A stretch of DNA of 64,000 nucleotides, taken from positions 32,001-96,000 of the forward strand of contig CAVWIH010000020.1 in assembly GCA_963755025.1 (NCBI GenBank), written 5' to 3'. The stretch's first letter is position 1; the number at the start of each line of letters is the position of its first letter. Below, one piece after another: positions 10,108-20,164 of this stretch. The notes below the pieces were generated by a model, which saw only the letters and a program-made list of their open reading frames with translations, did not search any database and was not told where the DNA came from. The position numbers and the translations under genes were made by a program. The DNA comes from an uncultured Actinomycetes bacterium. Lineage in GTDB: Bacteria; Actinomycetota; Thermoleophilia; UBA2241.

Positions 10108-11892
10108 ATGCCGCGCTCCACGGATCCCAGCTTCTCGCTGAGCGGCGCGTTGAGCGGCGCGGTCTTCAAGGGCGCCACGCGAGCTGCCGACAACTGGGGG
10201 GTGGCGACGGCGACCGCAAAGAAGACGATGTTCGAGATCGAACGCGAGGCTCGCTGGCGGGTGTGGGCTCTGTTCGGCCTGCTCCTGCTCATGGTCTTCG
10301 CGTGCGTCTGGGTCGTCGCCCTGGTCGCCGAAGCCGTCGTTGACGCCCTTAACGCCTCTGGTGGCGCCCTTCCAGGGCCGCCGTCGTTCGCCCTGAGCCT
10401 GCCCGGCGCGGCGCTGATCCTGCTGGGCTCCGCCACCCTGGCCGTGCTGTACTGGTTCCTGACGCGCGTCGGCGCCCGCGACCACCTCATCCGCGTCATG
10501 CACGCCCGGGCGCTCGATCCCGACGACCGCTTTCACCAGCGCCTCGCCGACATCGTCGAAGAGATGCGCATCGCCACGGGCGGGCCGCCGGTCCGTTGCC
10601 TCACCGTGCCCACGCAGGCCATGAACGCCTTCGCCTTCAGCGACCTGCACGGCGGCGCCTGCATCGGGGTCACCGAGGGCGCCCTGTCGCGCCTCTCACG
10701 GGCCCAGGTCGAAGCGGTCGTCGCCCACGAGTTCGGGCACGTGATGTCGGGCGACTACGTCACGGTCACGAGCGCGTGCCTGCTGTTCGGCGTGTTCACC
10801 TCGCTGGGCGGCGGCCTGCAGGACGCCGGCGAGGATTCGCGCTCGTTTGGGCCCATCGTCGCCGCCGGCGCGCTCTGGCTGGGGGTGTGGCTGTTACAGC
10901 TTTGCGCGACCGTGATCGACGGCGCCATCTCGCGCCAGCGCGAGTGGCTCGCCGACCTCGCCGCGGCGCGCTACACACGCGATCCGTTGAGCCTCGCGCA
11001 GGCCCTTCAGATGATGGTCAGCCACCCGGGCGGCGGCTACGTGCCCGAGGGACTCTCGGCGCTGTGCATCACGCCCACCGATCAGGACAACACGTCGTGG
11101 CTCACGCGGGCCATGGCGACGCACCCGCCGGTCAACGATCGTATCGCCGTGCTGCTCAAGCTCGCGCACGTCGACGCGCAGCAGTTCAGGGCGCAAGCCG
11201 CGGCCGCCGAGACGGCCCTCGAGCAGCGCGAACACATCACGACCGCGCCCGCCGCGACGGCGGACATGCCCGGGGCCGAGCGGCCGACCCGGCTCGTGGC
11301 CGGCCCCCTCATGGCCGCCGCGCCGGCCGCCGCGCCGCTGCTGGGGGCGGCCTCGCTGGCATCGCCCGGCGTGGCGCCGCTCGCTGCGCCGAGCGCTGCG
11401 CCGAGCGCCGCACCGTCGGCCACTGCATCGGCTACGGCATCCTCGACGGCGCAGGCCGGCTCGTCGCTTCATGCCGGCGCGGTCGTGGGGCCGGCGCCCA
11501 CCTGCCCGGGTTGCGGGGCGGGGCTCGAACGGGTCGACTACGAGGGGACCGGCGTGCTCATCTGCCGCGCGTGCGGCGGGCGCCTTGCCACGACGCCGCA
11601 GGTGCAGCGCATCCTCACCCGCCGCGAGATGCGCTTCGACGACCGCCAGCACGCCTTGGCCGATGCGGTCGTCGAGCACGGCGACGAGCTGCGGCGCGAC
11701 TTCGCCCGCCGGCGCGCCGCCCGGTCGCTGGCGCTGGTGAAATGCCCGCGCTGCGGCCGCACGATGATGCGCCGCCACTTCAGCTACGATCAGGCGGTCG
11801 AGGTCGACTACTGCAGCCTGTGCGACCTCTACTGGTTCGCAAAGGACGAGCTCGAGGTGCTCCAGGTCATCGTCGAAAAGGACCAGCAGTAA
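10108..11892 (+). CDS. M48 (HtpX-like) Zn metalloprotease with two C-terminal zinc ribbons (zf-TFIIB-like)
   Basis: NAFA, AVVAHEFGH (HExxH), SRQREWLAD, THPP; CPGC..CRAC and CPRC..CSLC pairs; start uncertain (10006, 10108 or 10228). Confidence 0.8.
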   Translation: MPRSTDPSFSLSGALSGAVFKGATRAADNWGVATATAKKTMFEIEREARWRVWALFGLLLLMVFACVWVVALVAEAVVDALNASGGALPGPPSFALSLPGAALILLGSATLAVLYWFLTRVGARDHLIRVMHARALDPDDRFHQRLADIVEEMRIATGGPPVRCLTVPTQAMNAFAFSDLHGGACIGVTEGALSRLSRAQVEAVVAHEFGHVMSGDYVTVTSACLLFGVFTSLGGGLQDAGEDSRSFGPIVAAGALWLGVWLLQLCATVIDGAISRQREWLADLAAARYTRDPLSLAQALQMMVSHPGGGYVPEGLSALCITPTDQDNTSWLTRAMATHPPVNDRIAVLLKLAHVDAQQFRAQAAAAETALEQREHITTAPAATADMPGAERPTRLVAGPLMAAAPAAAPLLGAASLASPGVAPLAAPSAAPSAAPSATASATASSTAQAGSSLHAGAVVGPAPTCPGCGAGLERVDYEGTGVLICRACGGRLATTPQVQRILTRREMRFDDRQHALADAVVEHGDELRRDFARRRAARSLALVKCPRCGRTMMRRHFSYDQAVEVDYCSLCDLYWFAKDELEVLQVIVEKDQQ

Positions 11893-11938
11893 CCCGATCG
11901 CACTGCGGGCCGTTCACGCTACCGGTAGAATGGCCGCC

Positions 11939-13122
11939 ATGAGCGAAGAACGGCAGGCCGGGGGGCAGTCCCCCGCACTCTCTTTGTCACCAACGACTTT
12001 CCGCCACGGGTCGGCGGCGCCCAGACGTACTACTGGAACATGATCCAGACGCTCGATCCCGGCGAGGTCGTGATCGTCGCCCCCGCGCACGACGACGCCG
12101 CCGCCTTCGACGAGACCCACCCCTACACCGTCTATCGCACCGCGCACCCGACGGTGATGCCCACGGCCTCGCTGGAGCGCCTGTGCGAGCGGCTCACCCG
12201 CGAGCACGGCATCGAGTTGTTGCAGCTCGGTCACCCGCTGCCGGCCGGCCTGCTGGGCCCGTGGCTGCGGCGCACGGCCGGTCTGCCCTACGTCATCTTC
12301 CTCGGCGCCGCCGAGATCACCGTGCCCGGGGCCCTGCCCGGCTTGGCCCGTCTGCTGCGCTGGGTGCTCGCCGAGTCGACGATGCTGTTCGGCGTGAGCC
12401 GCTACACCGCCGACCAGGCGGTACGGCTCTCGGGCGGCCGCGCTCACGCCGAGGTCCTGCGGCCGGCGCTCGACGTGGAGCGCTACCCGCTCACCGAGCA
12501 GGCCGACGCGGCCGCGGCGCGCGCCGCGCTCGGCCTCGGCGACGAGCCGCTCGTGGTCTGCGTGGGGCGACTCGTGCCGCGCAAGGGACAGGACATGCTG
12601 ATCTCGGCCCTCGGCGCCCTCGACGGCCGGTTTGCCGACGCGCGCGTCGCCCTGGTGGGCGGCGGCCGCCTGGCAGACGAGCTGCGCGAGCGGGCGGCCG
12701 CCGCCGGGCTTGCCGATCGCGTCGTGCTGCCCGGCGAGGTGTCAGACGCTCAGCTGCGCCTGTGGCTGCAGGCGGCCGACGTGTTCGCCGGGCCTTCGCG
12801 CACCCGCTTCGGCGGTCTCGAGGTCGAGGGCTTCGGCATCGTCTTCGCCGAGGCCGCGCTGACCGGCTTGCCTGTGATCGCGGGGCGTTCGGGGGGCTCA
12901 CCTGAGGCTGTGGTCGAGGGTGAGACTGGCCTCGTGGTCGACGCTCACAGCTACGAAGAGCTCGCCGGCGCGCTGGCGCGGCTGCTCGCCCTGAGTTCCG
13001 GCGAACGTCGCAGCATGGGCGCTCGTGGCCGCGAGCTCGCCCTCTCACGCCACGCTCCCGAAGTCGCTGCGGCGCGCTATCACGAACTGCTGCGTCAGGC
13101 GGTCGCGAGCTCTCGTGTCTGA
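11939..13122 (+). CDS. GT4 glycosyltransferase, PimB'-like (frameshift near 11965)
   Basis: RTLFVTNDFPPRVGG lies in frame upstream of 12040; GRLVPRKGQD, EVEGFGIVFAEA. Confidence 0.8.
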
Positions 13123-14506
13123 CCGGCCCGCGGAGCCGGGCTCCGCTCCCGCAGACCTCTCAGAGTCCAGCTCCGCCTCGGCAGATCTCTCCGAGCCGCG
13201 CTCCGCCTCAGCAGATCTCTCCGAGCCGCGCTCCGCCTCAGCAGATCTCTCCGAGTCGTCGTCCGACTCTCGCGACGCGGAGCGGCCCGCCGTCGTCGCC
13301 GCGGCGTGGGCGCCCGAAGAGCCGAGGTCGGAGCAGGACGTGATCGAACTGCTCGAAGAGCCGCTCGTCGCGCCGCCCGAGAAGCTGCGCAGGTTCCTCA
13401 CCAAGCCGCGCATACTGCTGGGCTTTGCCCTCAGCGTCATGGTGACCGTGCTCATCAGCCGCCTGTTCAGCATGCATCTGAGCCACAGCTTCGGCGAGGT
13501 GCGCACCCAGACCCACGAGCCCGAGTTCTTCGCCTACGCCGTGCTGTGCGTGCTGCTCTACCTGGCGGCCGACACCGCGACGCTTGTGTTGCTCGCACGG
13601 GTCCACGGGCCCACGATACGGTTGCGGCCCCTGGTGCTCCTGTCGCTGCGCGCCAACTTCGTGGGCGGCACCACGTCGTTCGGGGGCGTCGAGATCCCGT
13701 ACCAGGCGTTCTCGCTGCGCCGCCAGGGGCTGAGCCTGAGCGAGGCGACCTCGGTCATCCTGGTGAAGGGCGTGGTGCACACCTCGGTGCTGCTGCTGGT
13801 CGCCGTGACGGCGCTGATCCCCGCCACCGGCTCGCCGATCACCCCCCTGCAGCGCTGGTTCGTGCTGGTCGCCCTCGCGCTCATGGCGATCGCCTGGCTG
13901 GGCGGCTCGCTGTGGGTGCGCCGGCCCATCGGCATCGAGCAGCTTCCCGAGCGCTTTCACAAGACGATCCACGCCGGCCGCGAGGCCTTCGCCGAGTACC
14001 ACCACGCCGGCTGGCGGGTGTGGCTGGGGGTCGTCGCCACGACCGTGGTGTACTGGGCGGCGATGTTCGCCATCATCCCGCTGATCCTGATCGGCCTGGG
14101 CTGGCACGGCCGGCCGTTCTCGATCATCACGGGTCAGGCCGTGCTGCAGGTCATCATGCCGATCTCGCCGCTGGCCGGCGGCGCCGGCGTCGCCGAGCTC
14201 GGCTACCTCGCACTCATCGGACCGGCGACCGCCGAGACGATCCGCGTGCCCAGCCTCATCCTGTGGCGCGTCGCCACCTGGCTCATACCGGTCGCGGTCG
14301 GCGGCCTGGCGTTCCTGGTGCGCAGCGGCGCGCCCGAGACGCCGGCCGACGATGCCGCCCCGGCGCCGGCACACAGCGTTCCCGCGGCGGCGGGCGGGGC
14401 TGCGACGGCGCCGGCACACAGCGTTCCCGCGGCGGCAGGCGGGGCTGCCCTGGCAGCCCCGCCCGCCGCCGCCCCACCACCAGAGGAGGTCGGCCAGAGT
14501 GAGTAG
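13115..14506 (+). CDS. Lysylphosphatidylglycerol-synthase TM/flippase-like membrane protein
   Basis: Multiple TM helices, GGTTSFGGVE, SPLAGGAGVAE, LWR..TW; overlaps the upstream stop. Confidence 0.7.
   Translation: MSDRPAEPGSAPADLSESSSASADLSEPRSASADLSEPRSASADLSESSSDSRDAERPAVVAAAWAPEEPRSEQDVIELLEEPLVAPPEKLRRFLTKPRILLGFALSVMVTVLISRLFSMHLSHSFGEVRTQTHEPEFFAYAVLCVLLYLAADTATLVLLARVHGPTIRLRPLVLLSLRANFVGGTTSFGGVEIPYQAFSLRRQGLSLSEATSVILVKGVVHTSVLLLVAVTALIPATGSPITPLQRWFVLVALALMAIAWLGGSLWVRRPIGIEQLPERFHKTIHAGREAFAEYHHAGWRVWLGVVATTVVYWAAMFAIIPLILIGLGWHGRPFSIITGQAVLQVIMPISPLAGGAGVAELGYLALIGPATAETIRVPSLILWRVATWLIPVAVGGLAFLVRSGAPETPADDAAPAPAHSVPAAAGGAATAPAHSVPAAAGGAALAAPPAAAPPPEEVGQSE
13141..13260 (+). repeat. 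30-bp coding tandem repeat (SASADLSEPR), about 4 copies
   Basis: CTCCGCCTCAGCAGATCTCTCCGAGCCGCG unit. Confidence 0.85.
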
Positions 14507-15236
14507 GTCCCGGACAGCGAGCATCGCCCTGATCGGGCTGCCGGCGGCGTTTGCGCTCGGCTGCATACCCAGCGGTCGCCTGGTGAGCCGCCTGGTGGGC
14601 GGCGGCGACATCTCGCAGAGCGGCGACCGCAAACCAGGCGCCTCGAACGTGGCCCGCACACTGGGCTGGAAGCCGGGCGCCGCCACGCTCGCCGTCGATC
14701 TGGCCAAGGCGGCGCTCCCGGCCGCCGTCGGGCGCCGCGCCGGCGCCGGCCCCGACCTCACCGGCGCGCTCGCCGTGACGCCGGTGGTGGCCCACATCGC
14801 CGTGGTGCGCGGTCGCGGCGCGGCGGCCGCCCTTGGAGCGGCCCTGGCCTACGACGCGCCCGCCACCGCGCTGGTCCTGCCGGCTATCGTCGGCGGCGCG
14901 CTCACCAAGCGGGCTGCGTCGGGCGTCATGGTGGCCGCGCTGGCCCTGCCGGCCATCAGCCTCGGCTTGGGGCATCGGCGCAAGGCGGCGTGGTGCGCCG
15001 CGCTGCCGGTCGTCCTCGCCTACGCTCGCCTGCGCGGGTCGGACGGCGGTCAGGCGCCGATGAGCGGCCGGGTCTGCTGGGAGCGGTTCTGGTTCGATCG
15101 CGACCCTGCCGCACCCGTCGACCCGGCTGCACCCGTCGACCCGACTGCGTCCGTCGACCCGGCTGCGTCCGTCGACGCGCCCGCGACGGCCGACCCCACC
15201 TCGCCGGCCGACGCGGCCGCCGCCGGCCCCGCCTGA
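14499..15236 (+). CDS. plsY: Glycerol-3-phosphate acyltransferase PlsY-like
   Basis: LGCIPSG, DISQSGDRKPGASNVARTLG, DLAKA, H..RGRGAAAALG; divergent member of the family. Confidence 0.6.
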   Translation: MSRSRTASIALIGLPAAFALGCIPSGRLVSRLVGGGDISQSGDRKPGASNVARTLGWKPGAATLAVDLAKAALPAAVGRRAGAGPDLTGALAVTPVVAHIAVVRGRGAAAALGAALAYDAPATALVLPAIVGGALTKRAASGVMVAALALPAISLGLGHRRKAAWCAALPVVLAYARLRGSDGGQAPMSGRVCWERFWFDRDPAAPVDPAAPVDPTASVDPAASVDAPATADPTSPADAAAAGPA

Positions 15237-15299
15237 GACGCAGCCGCTGGCGGCGGGTACAAGTCAGGACAGGTTCTCAGCACTCTCCCGGAGGTGACC

Positions 15300-15686
15300 A
15301 TGGCAGGCGACGAAGAAACGACCGTCTCGTGGAAATCGATAGAGCCCCACTGGAAGGTCTGGTCGGCCGACGACATCGAGATCGGCGAGGTCTTCCAGCC
15401 GGTCGGCGATGAGAACGCCGACATCTTCGACGGCATCGCGATCACCCATCACGGTGGTCCCGGCGTCATGCACAACTGGCTCGACCGGCCGCGCTACGTG
15501 AATCAGGAGCAGGTGGCCGCCATTCAGGACGGCCAGGTGCGTCTGACGATCAGGGCCGACGAGGCAAGCACGTTGCCCGAACACAACGTGCCCGAGAGCG
15601 CCGAGATCCTGCCCGAGAAGGCCAGCTTCACCGACCGCATGAAGACCGACATCGAAAAGCACCTGCACGAGGACAAGAACTACTAG
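15300..15686 (+). CDS. Hypothetical protein (PRC-barrel/DUF2171-like)
   Basis: VSWKSIEPHWKVWSAD..IGEV..VGD...DIFDG pattern; GGAGG RBS. Confidence 0.6.
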   Translation: MAGDEETTVSWKSIEPHWKVWSADDIEIGEVFQPVGDENADIFDGIAITHHGGPGVMHNWLDRPRYVNQEQVAAIQDGQVRLTIRADEASTLPEHNVPESAEILPEKASFTDRMKTDIEKHLHEDKNY

Positions 15687-15695
15687 GGCTTGGGC

Positions 15696-18600
15696 TCAGC
15701 CGGTGCGCCCCGGCCGCGTGCGCGGCTCGACCTTGGGCAGCCACTCGCCGGAGCGCTTGAGGGCGCGGTTGCGCTCGTCGGGCGGCAGGTCGCGCAGCTT
15801 GCCGAGTGCGGCTTCGAGGTCGACGATGCGCGCGGCGACGATCGCCAGGCCGCGTTCGTCGTTGTTTTGCAGCTCGCCCTCGATCAGCAGGTAGACCGCC
15901 TCTTTGAGCACGCGCCCGTAGCGCAGGTAGATGTCGTTGAAGACGACGACCTCGGCCAGACCGGTCTCGTCTTCGAGCGTGAGGAACAGCGTGCGGTGCC
16001 CGCTGCGGATCCAGGGCATCTGGGCGCGCTCGAGCACGCCCGCCAGACGGATGCGCCGGCCGTCGGGCACCGTGTGCAGCTCGCCGAAGGGCACGACGCC
16101 GAGCGCCGTGAGCTGGTCGCGCACGAAGGTGAGCGGGTGCGCCTGCACGTTGAGCCCGAGCACCTCGAGCTCGACCGCCACCTTCTCGCGCGCGCTCCAC
16201 GACGGCACGAACGGCAGCGCCCCGAACTGCTCGTCGGTAGCGAACTGCAAGGCCTCGCCCTCGCTCGCCGCCAGCACCCCGGCCTCGTGTCCCGCGCCCC
16301 GCCCCGCCCCGCAGGCCGCGTCGTCGTTCTGGCCCGCACCGAGTGCAGCGTCGGCGCTCGTGCCGCGCCGGTCGCCGGACGCGGCCGCCCCGGTCGGGGC
16401 GGCCGCCGACGCGGCTCGAGAACCGCCGCCCGCCGGCGAGCCCGAGGGCGACAGCCGCTCGTCGCGAGACCGCCGATCGCCACGCCACCCCGCCCCGCCG
16501 CGGGCGGAGGGCGGGGTGGGGGTCGATAGCCGCTCTCTGCGGGGCTGCCACTCCGCTGTTTGCGCCGCGAGACCGGCCGCAGAGCCGCGGCTGGAGACCC
16601 CCGCCCCGCCCGCAGTCCGCGGCCCCGCGGGCGCTTCGCCGCCCGCCGACAGCCTCGCAGGCGTGTCGCCTGCGAGCTGTCCGCGCTGCGCGGCAGTCGG
16701 CGCGAGATCCGTGTCCGGACGCCTTCGCCCCGCTCCCGCCGCGCCCGCTCACGACCTGCGCGTGCACGAGCGGCACCTGCACGAGCAACTCTTCGCGGCG
16801 CGCCCCCAGCCCGTCGAACGCCCCGACCCGCACCAGGTTGATGACGATCTCGACGCTCACCCGTGTGCGCCGGCAGAAGTCGGACAGCGAGCGGTAGGGC
16901 CCGCCGCGCTGCGGCGCGCGCTCGGTCACGATGGCCGCGCCGGCCGCGTGGCTCATCTCTTTGACGTAGCGCAGGCCGACCCGCAAGGCGTGGCCGTCGG
17001 CTTCGACGGTAAAGCCGTACAAGCTCTGGTTGACGCTGACCGGCCGCACCTCGAGCCCCCAGCGCCGGGCGTCGTTGAGCACCACCCGCGGCGAGTAGAA
17101 GCCCATGGGCTGGTTGTTCATGAGGCCGCAGAAGAACTCGGCCGGGTAGTGCGCCTTGAGCCAGGCGCTGGCGTTGCAGACCACGGCAAAGCAGGCGGCG
17201 TGCGCCTTGTTGAAGCCGTAGGCGGCAAAGCCGCGCAGCTGGCGAAAGACCTCGTCGGCGGTGGCGCGCTCGACGCCGCGCGCGACCGCCTTGGCGACGA
17301 AGTCGCGCCCGATCAGGTCCATCTCTTCCAGGGAGCGCTCGTGGGTCATGGCGCGGCGCAGCAGGTCGCCGTCGGCGAGCGAGAAGCCGGCGATCGCCGC
17401 GGCCACCTCGATCACCTGCTCCTGGTAGAGGATGACGCCGTAGGTGCGCTTGAGCGCCGGCCACATGTCGGGGTGGGGCACGAGCGCCTTCTCGCGCCCG
17501 TGGCGGCGACGGATGAAGGGCCCGATCATCTCGGCCTGCAGGGGCCCCGGACGGAACAGCGAGATGGCGGCGATCACGTCTTCGAAGTCGCGTTCGCGCA
17601 GCCGCAGGGCGAGGTTGCGCTGGCCCGAGCTTTCGAGCTGGAACACGCCGATGGTGCGCGCCTCGCCGATCAGCCGGTAGACCGCCGGGTCGTCGCGCGG
17701 CACCTCCCAGGCCGAGACGTGCTCGCCGGTGCGCGCCGCGATGAGGCGCACCGCTTCGGCGATGGCGCTGTGCATGCGCAGCCCGAGGATGTCCATTTTG
17801 ACCAGGCCGAGCGTTTCGACGTCGTCTTTGTTGAACTGCGCCACGATCACGCCCTTGGCCGCCCACTGCAGCGGCACGCGGTCGGTGATGGGATCGCGCG
17901 ACAAGATGAATCCACCGAGATGCGTGCCCAGGATGTAGGGGAACCCCGCGAGGCGCTCGGCGTAGTCGACGAGGCGCCTGTAATGCGGGCTGCGGAACTC
18001 GTGGTTGGCCAGCTCGGGGCGCTCGGCGAGCATCTGCGAGAGGCCGGCGGCGCTGCCCCAGGGCACCTTTTTGGACAGGGCGTCGATCTCGTCGGGGCGA
18101 AAGTCGAAGGCGCGCGCCACAATGCGCACCGCCGAGGGTGCGCGCACCGTGTTGACGTTGGCCACCATCGCCACGCGCTCGTGGCCGAAGCGCTCGTAGA
18201 TGTATTCGATGACCTCGTCGCGGCGCGCCGACTCGAAGTCGATGTCGACGTCGGGCATTTCGCGGCGGGCGGGGTTGAGGAAGCGCTCGAAGAGCAGCTC
18301 GTTGGCGATGGGGTCGGCGTCGGTGATGTGGAGCACGTAGCTCACGATGCTGTTGCCGGCCGAGCCGCGCCCCGAGTAGTAGATGCCGCGCTCGCGAGTG
18401 AACTGCACGATGTCGCGCACGGCCAGGAAGTACTCGGCGAAGCCGAGCTCCTCGACGACCTTGAGCTCGCGCTGCAGGCGTGCGAGCACCTCGGGGGTGA
18501 CCGGGCTGTAGCGCTCGGCGGCGCCCGTGAAGCAGTGCTTGACGAGCAGCGAGTAGGCGGTCTCGCCGGGCGGCAGCGGGTAGGCGGGAAAGAGCAGCCG

Positions 18601-19797
18601 GCCCAGGCCCAGGTCGAGGTTGCAGCGCGCGGCGATGCGGGCGGTGTTGCGGTAGGCCTGCGGGTAACGGCCGAACAGGCGCCACATCTGCTCGGGGGTC
18701 TTGAGAAAGAGCTCGCTGTTGCGCCGCCCGAGCGGGTTGGGCAGCGGCTGGTTGGCGGCTTCGGCGGCGAGGATGTCGTGCAGCGGCGCGTCGGCCGCGG
18801 TGGTGTAGTGGACGTCGTTGGTGGCGACCGTGGGCAGACGCAGTTCGCGGGCCAGCAGGTCGAGCTGCTGCACGTAGCGGGCGGAGCCGGGGAGCTGTTC
18901 GTCGATCAGCTCGATGTAGAAGTCGTGGCGGCCGAAGAGCCGCGCCCAGGCGGTCGCGGCCGCCCGGGCGCCCGCCTTGTCGCCGGCCGCGAGGCGGGCG
19001 CCCACCTCGCCGCGCCGGCAGCCCGACAGGGCGATCAGGTGGTCGTGGTTGGCGGCGATGGTGGCGACGCGCGCCTGCGGCGCCTCGCCGCGGTGCTCGA
19101 GGTGGGCGGCGCTCACGATGCGGCAGAGCTGCGACCAGCCCTGGTAGTCGCGGGCCAGCAGGACGAGGTGGTAGCCGGTCGCGGCGAACTGGCCGCGCGG
19201 CGGCGAGGGGGAGAGGTCGGTCGTGGAGACGCGCGGCACGCGGGCGGCGTCGGCTGGCGCGGCGGCCGGCGCCTCGGCTGACGCGGCGGCTGGCGCCACG
19301 GCGCCGGCTGCGGCGGGGTCGGGGCTCGGGCTCGCGCTTCGCGAAAAGAGGAGGGCGCCCGCGGCTCGCGCCGCGGGCGAGACTCACGCTCAGAGTTCGC
19401 CCTCATCCCCGACCCCGCCTTCGCCGGCTCTGTCGCGGGCAGGTCTGCCGCGGCCTCGCCGGCGGCTGCGGCTCTGCGCCGCAGCGCCGGCTGCCGCGCC
19501 CGCCGCCTCGGCCGGCGCTCCACGATCGGAGGTGGGGGAGCTGGGAGGCGGGGCGTCGGCGATGGGGATGCCGGCGTCGAGCACGGAGTCGACGCTGATC
19601 TCGACGCCGACGATGGGCTTGATGCCGGCGGCTTTGCAGGCCTGGTAGAAGCGCACGGCGCCGTAGAGGCCGTCGTGGTCGGTGACGGCCAGGGCCGGCA
19701 TGCCGGACGTGCGGGCGGCGTCGACGAGCTCGTCGATGCGCCCGGCGCCGTCGCCGAGTGAGAAGTTGGTGTGAACGTGCAGGTGGACGAAGCTCAT
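15696..19797 (-). CDS. dnaE2: Error-prone DNA polymerase III alpha (DnaE2-type), interrupted within two low-complexity insertions
   Basis: PHP start MSFVHLHVHTNFSLGDG/TDHDGLYG; GRGSAGNS; catalytic MPDVDIDF; KMDILGL; YGFNKAHA; NNQPMGFYSP; C-terminal OB fold FLTLEDETG. In-frame TGA at 19390-19392 and 19384-19386, and a frame change at about 16300-16750. Confidence 0.85.
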
Positions 19798-19957
19798 GTG
19801 ACCACCAAACGAGCGGCATGGGGAAGAGGCGAGCGGAGACGCCGCGGGGTGCGCCGCCTGCTGCTTGGCGCCGCCGGCAAGGCTGTGTGCGACGACGCGG
19901 ACGCGGGCGAAGCCGGCCGCCTGTACTCCTGCGCTCGACTTTCCCCCGGACGGCGCA

Positions 19958-19985
19958 AGTATAAACGAACGTATGTTCGTGTCAA
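19958..19985 (-). promoter_or_regulatory. Sigma-70 promoter with LexA (SOS) box in the spacer, upstream of dnaE2
   Basis: TTGACA-N16-TATACT overlapping ACGAAC-ATAC-GTTCGT (19965-19980). Confidence 0.85.
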
Positions 19986-20164
19986 GACGTGCGGCACGGC
20001 GCCGGAACGGCCGCGGGGAGACGGCCGGGGCGCCCATGCCCTACACTGCCAACAGGCGCCCTTCCGCGCCGTGCGGCCGTACACGCCGCGCGGCGGCCGG
20101 CGCTCACAAGCGTCAACGACGGCTACCGGCGAGGTGCTTTCGTTTGGTCCCTGACGATCCATAC

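Noticed and set aside
16277-16760. Intein in DnaE2
   Set aside because: There is no N-terminal C/S block, no C-terminal HN-C/S/T and no LAGLIDADG motif; the sequence is low-complexity.
15931-19281. Long plus-strand ORF (1116 aa) and similar shadow ORFs (e.g. 31577-34123, 48411-50537, 29393-31675)
   Set aside because: These are antisense or alternative-frame shadows of real genes, caused by stop-codon scarcity at high GC, and have no recognisable motifs.
19384-19392. TGA-GCG-TGA as selenocysteine recoding in dnaE2
   Set aside because: It lies in a non-conserved low-complexity insert with no Cys-equivalent position and no recognisable SECIS.
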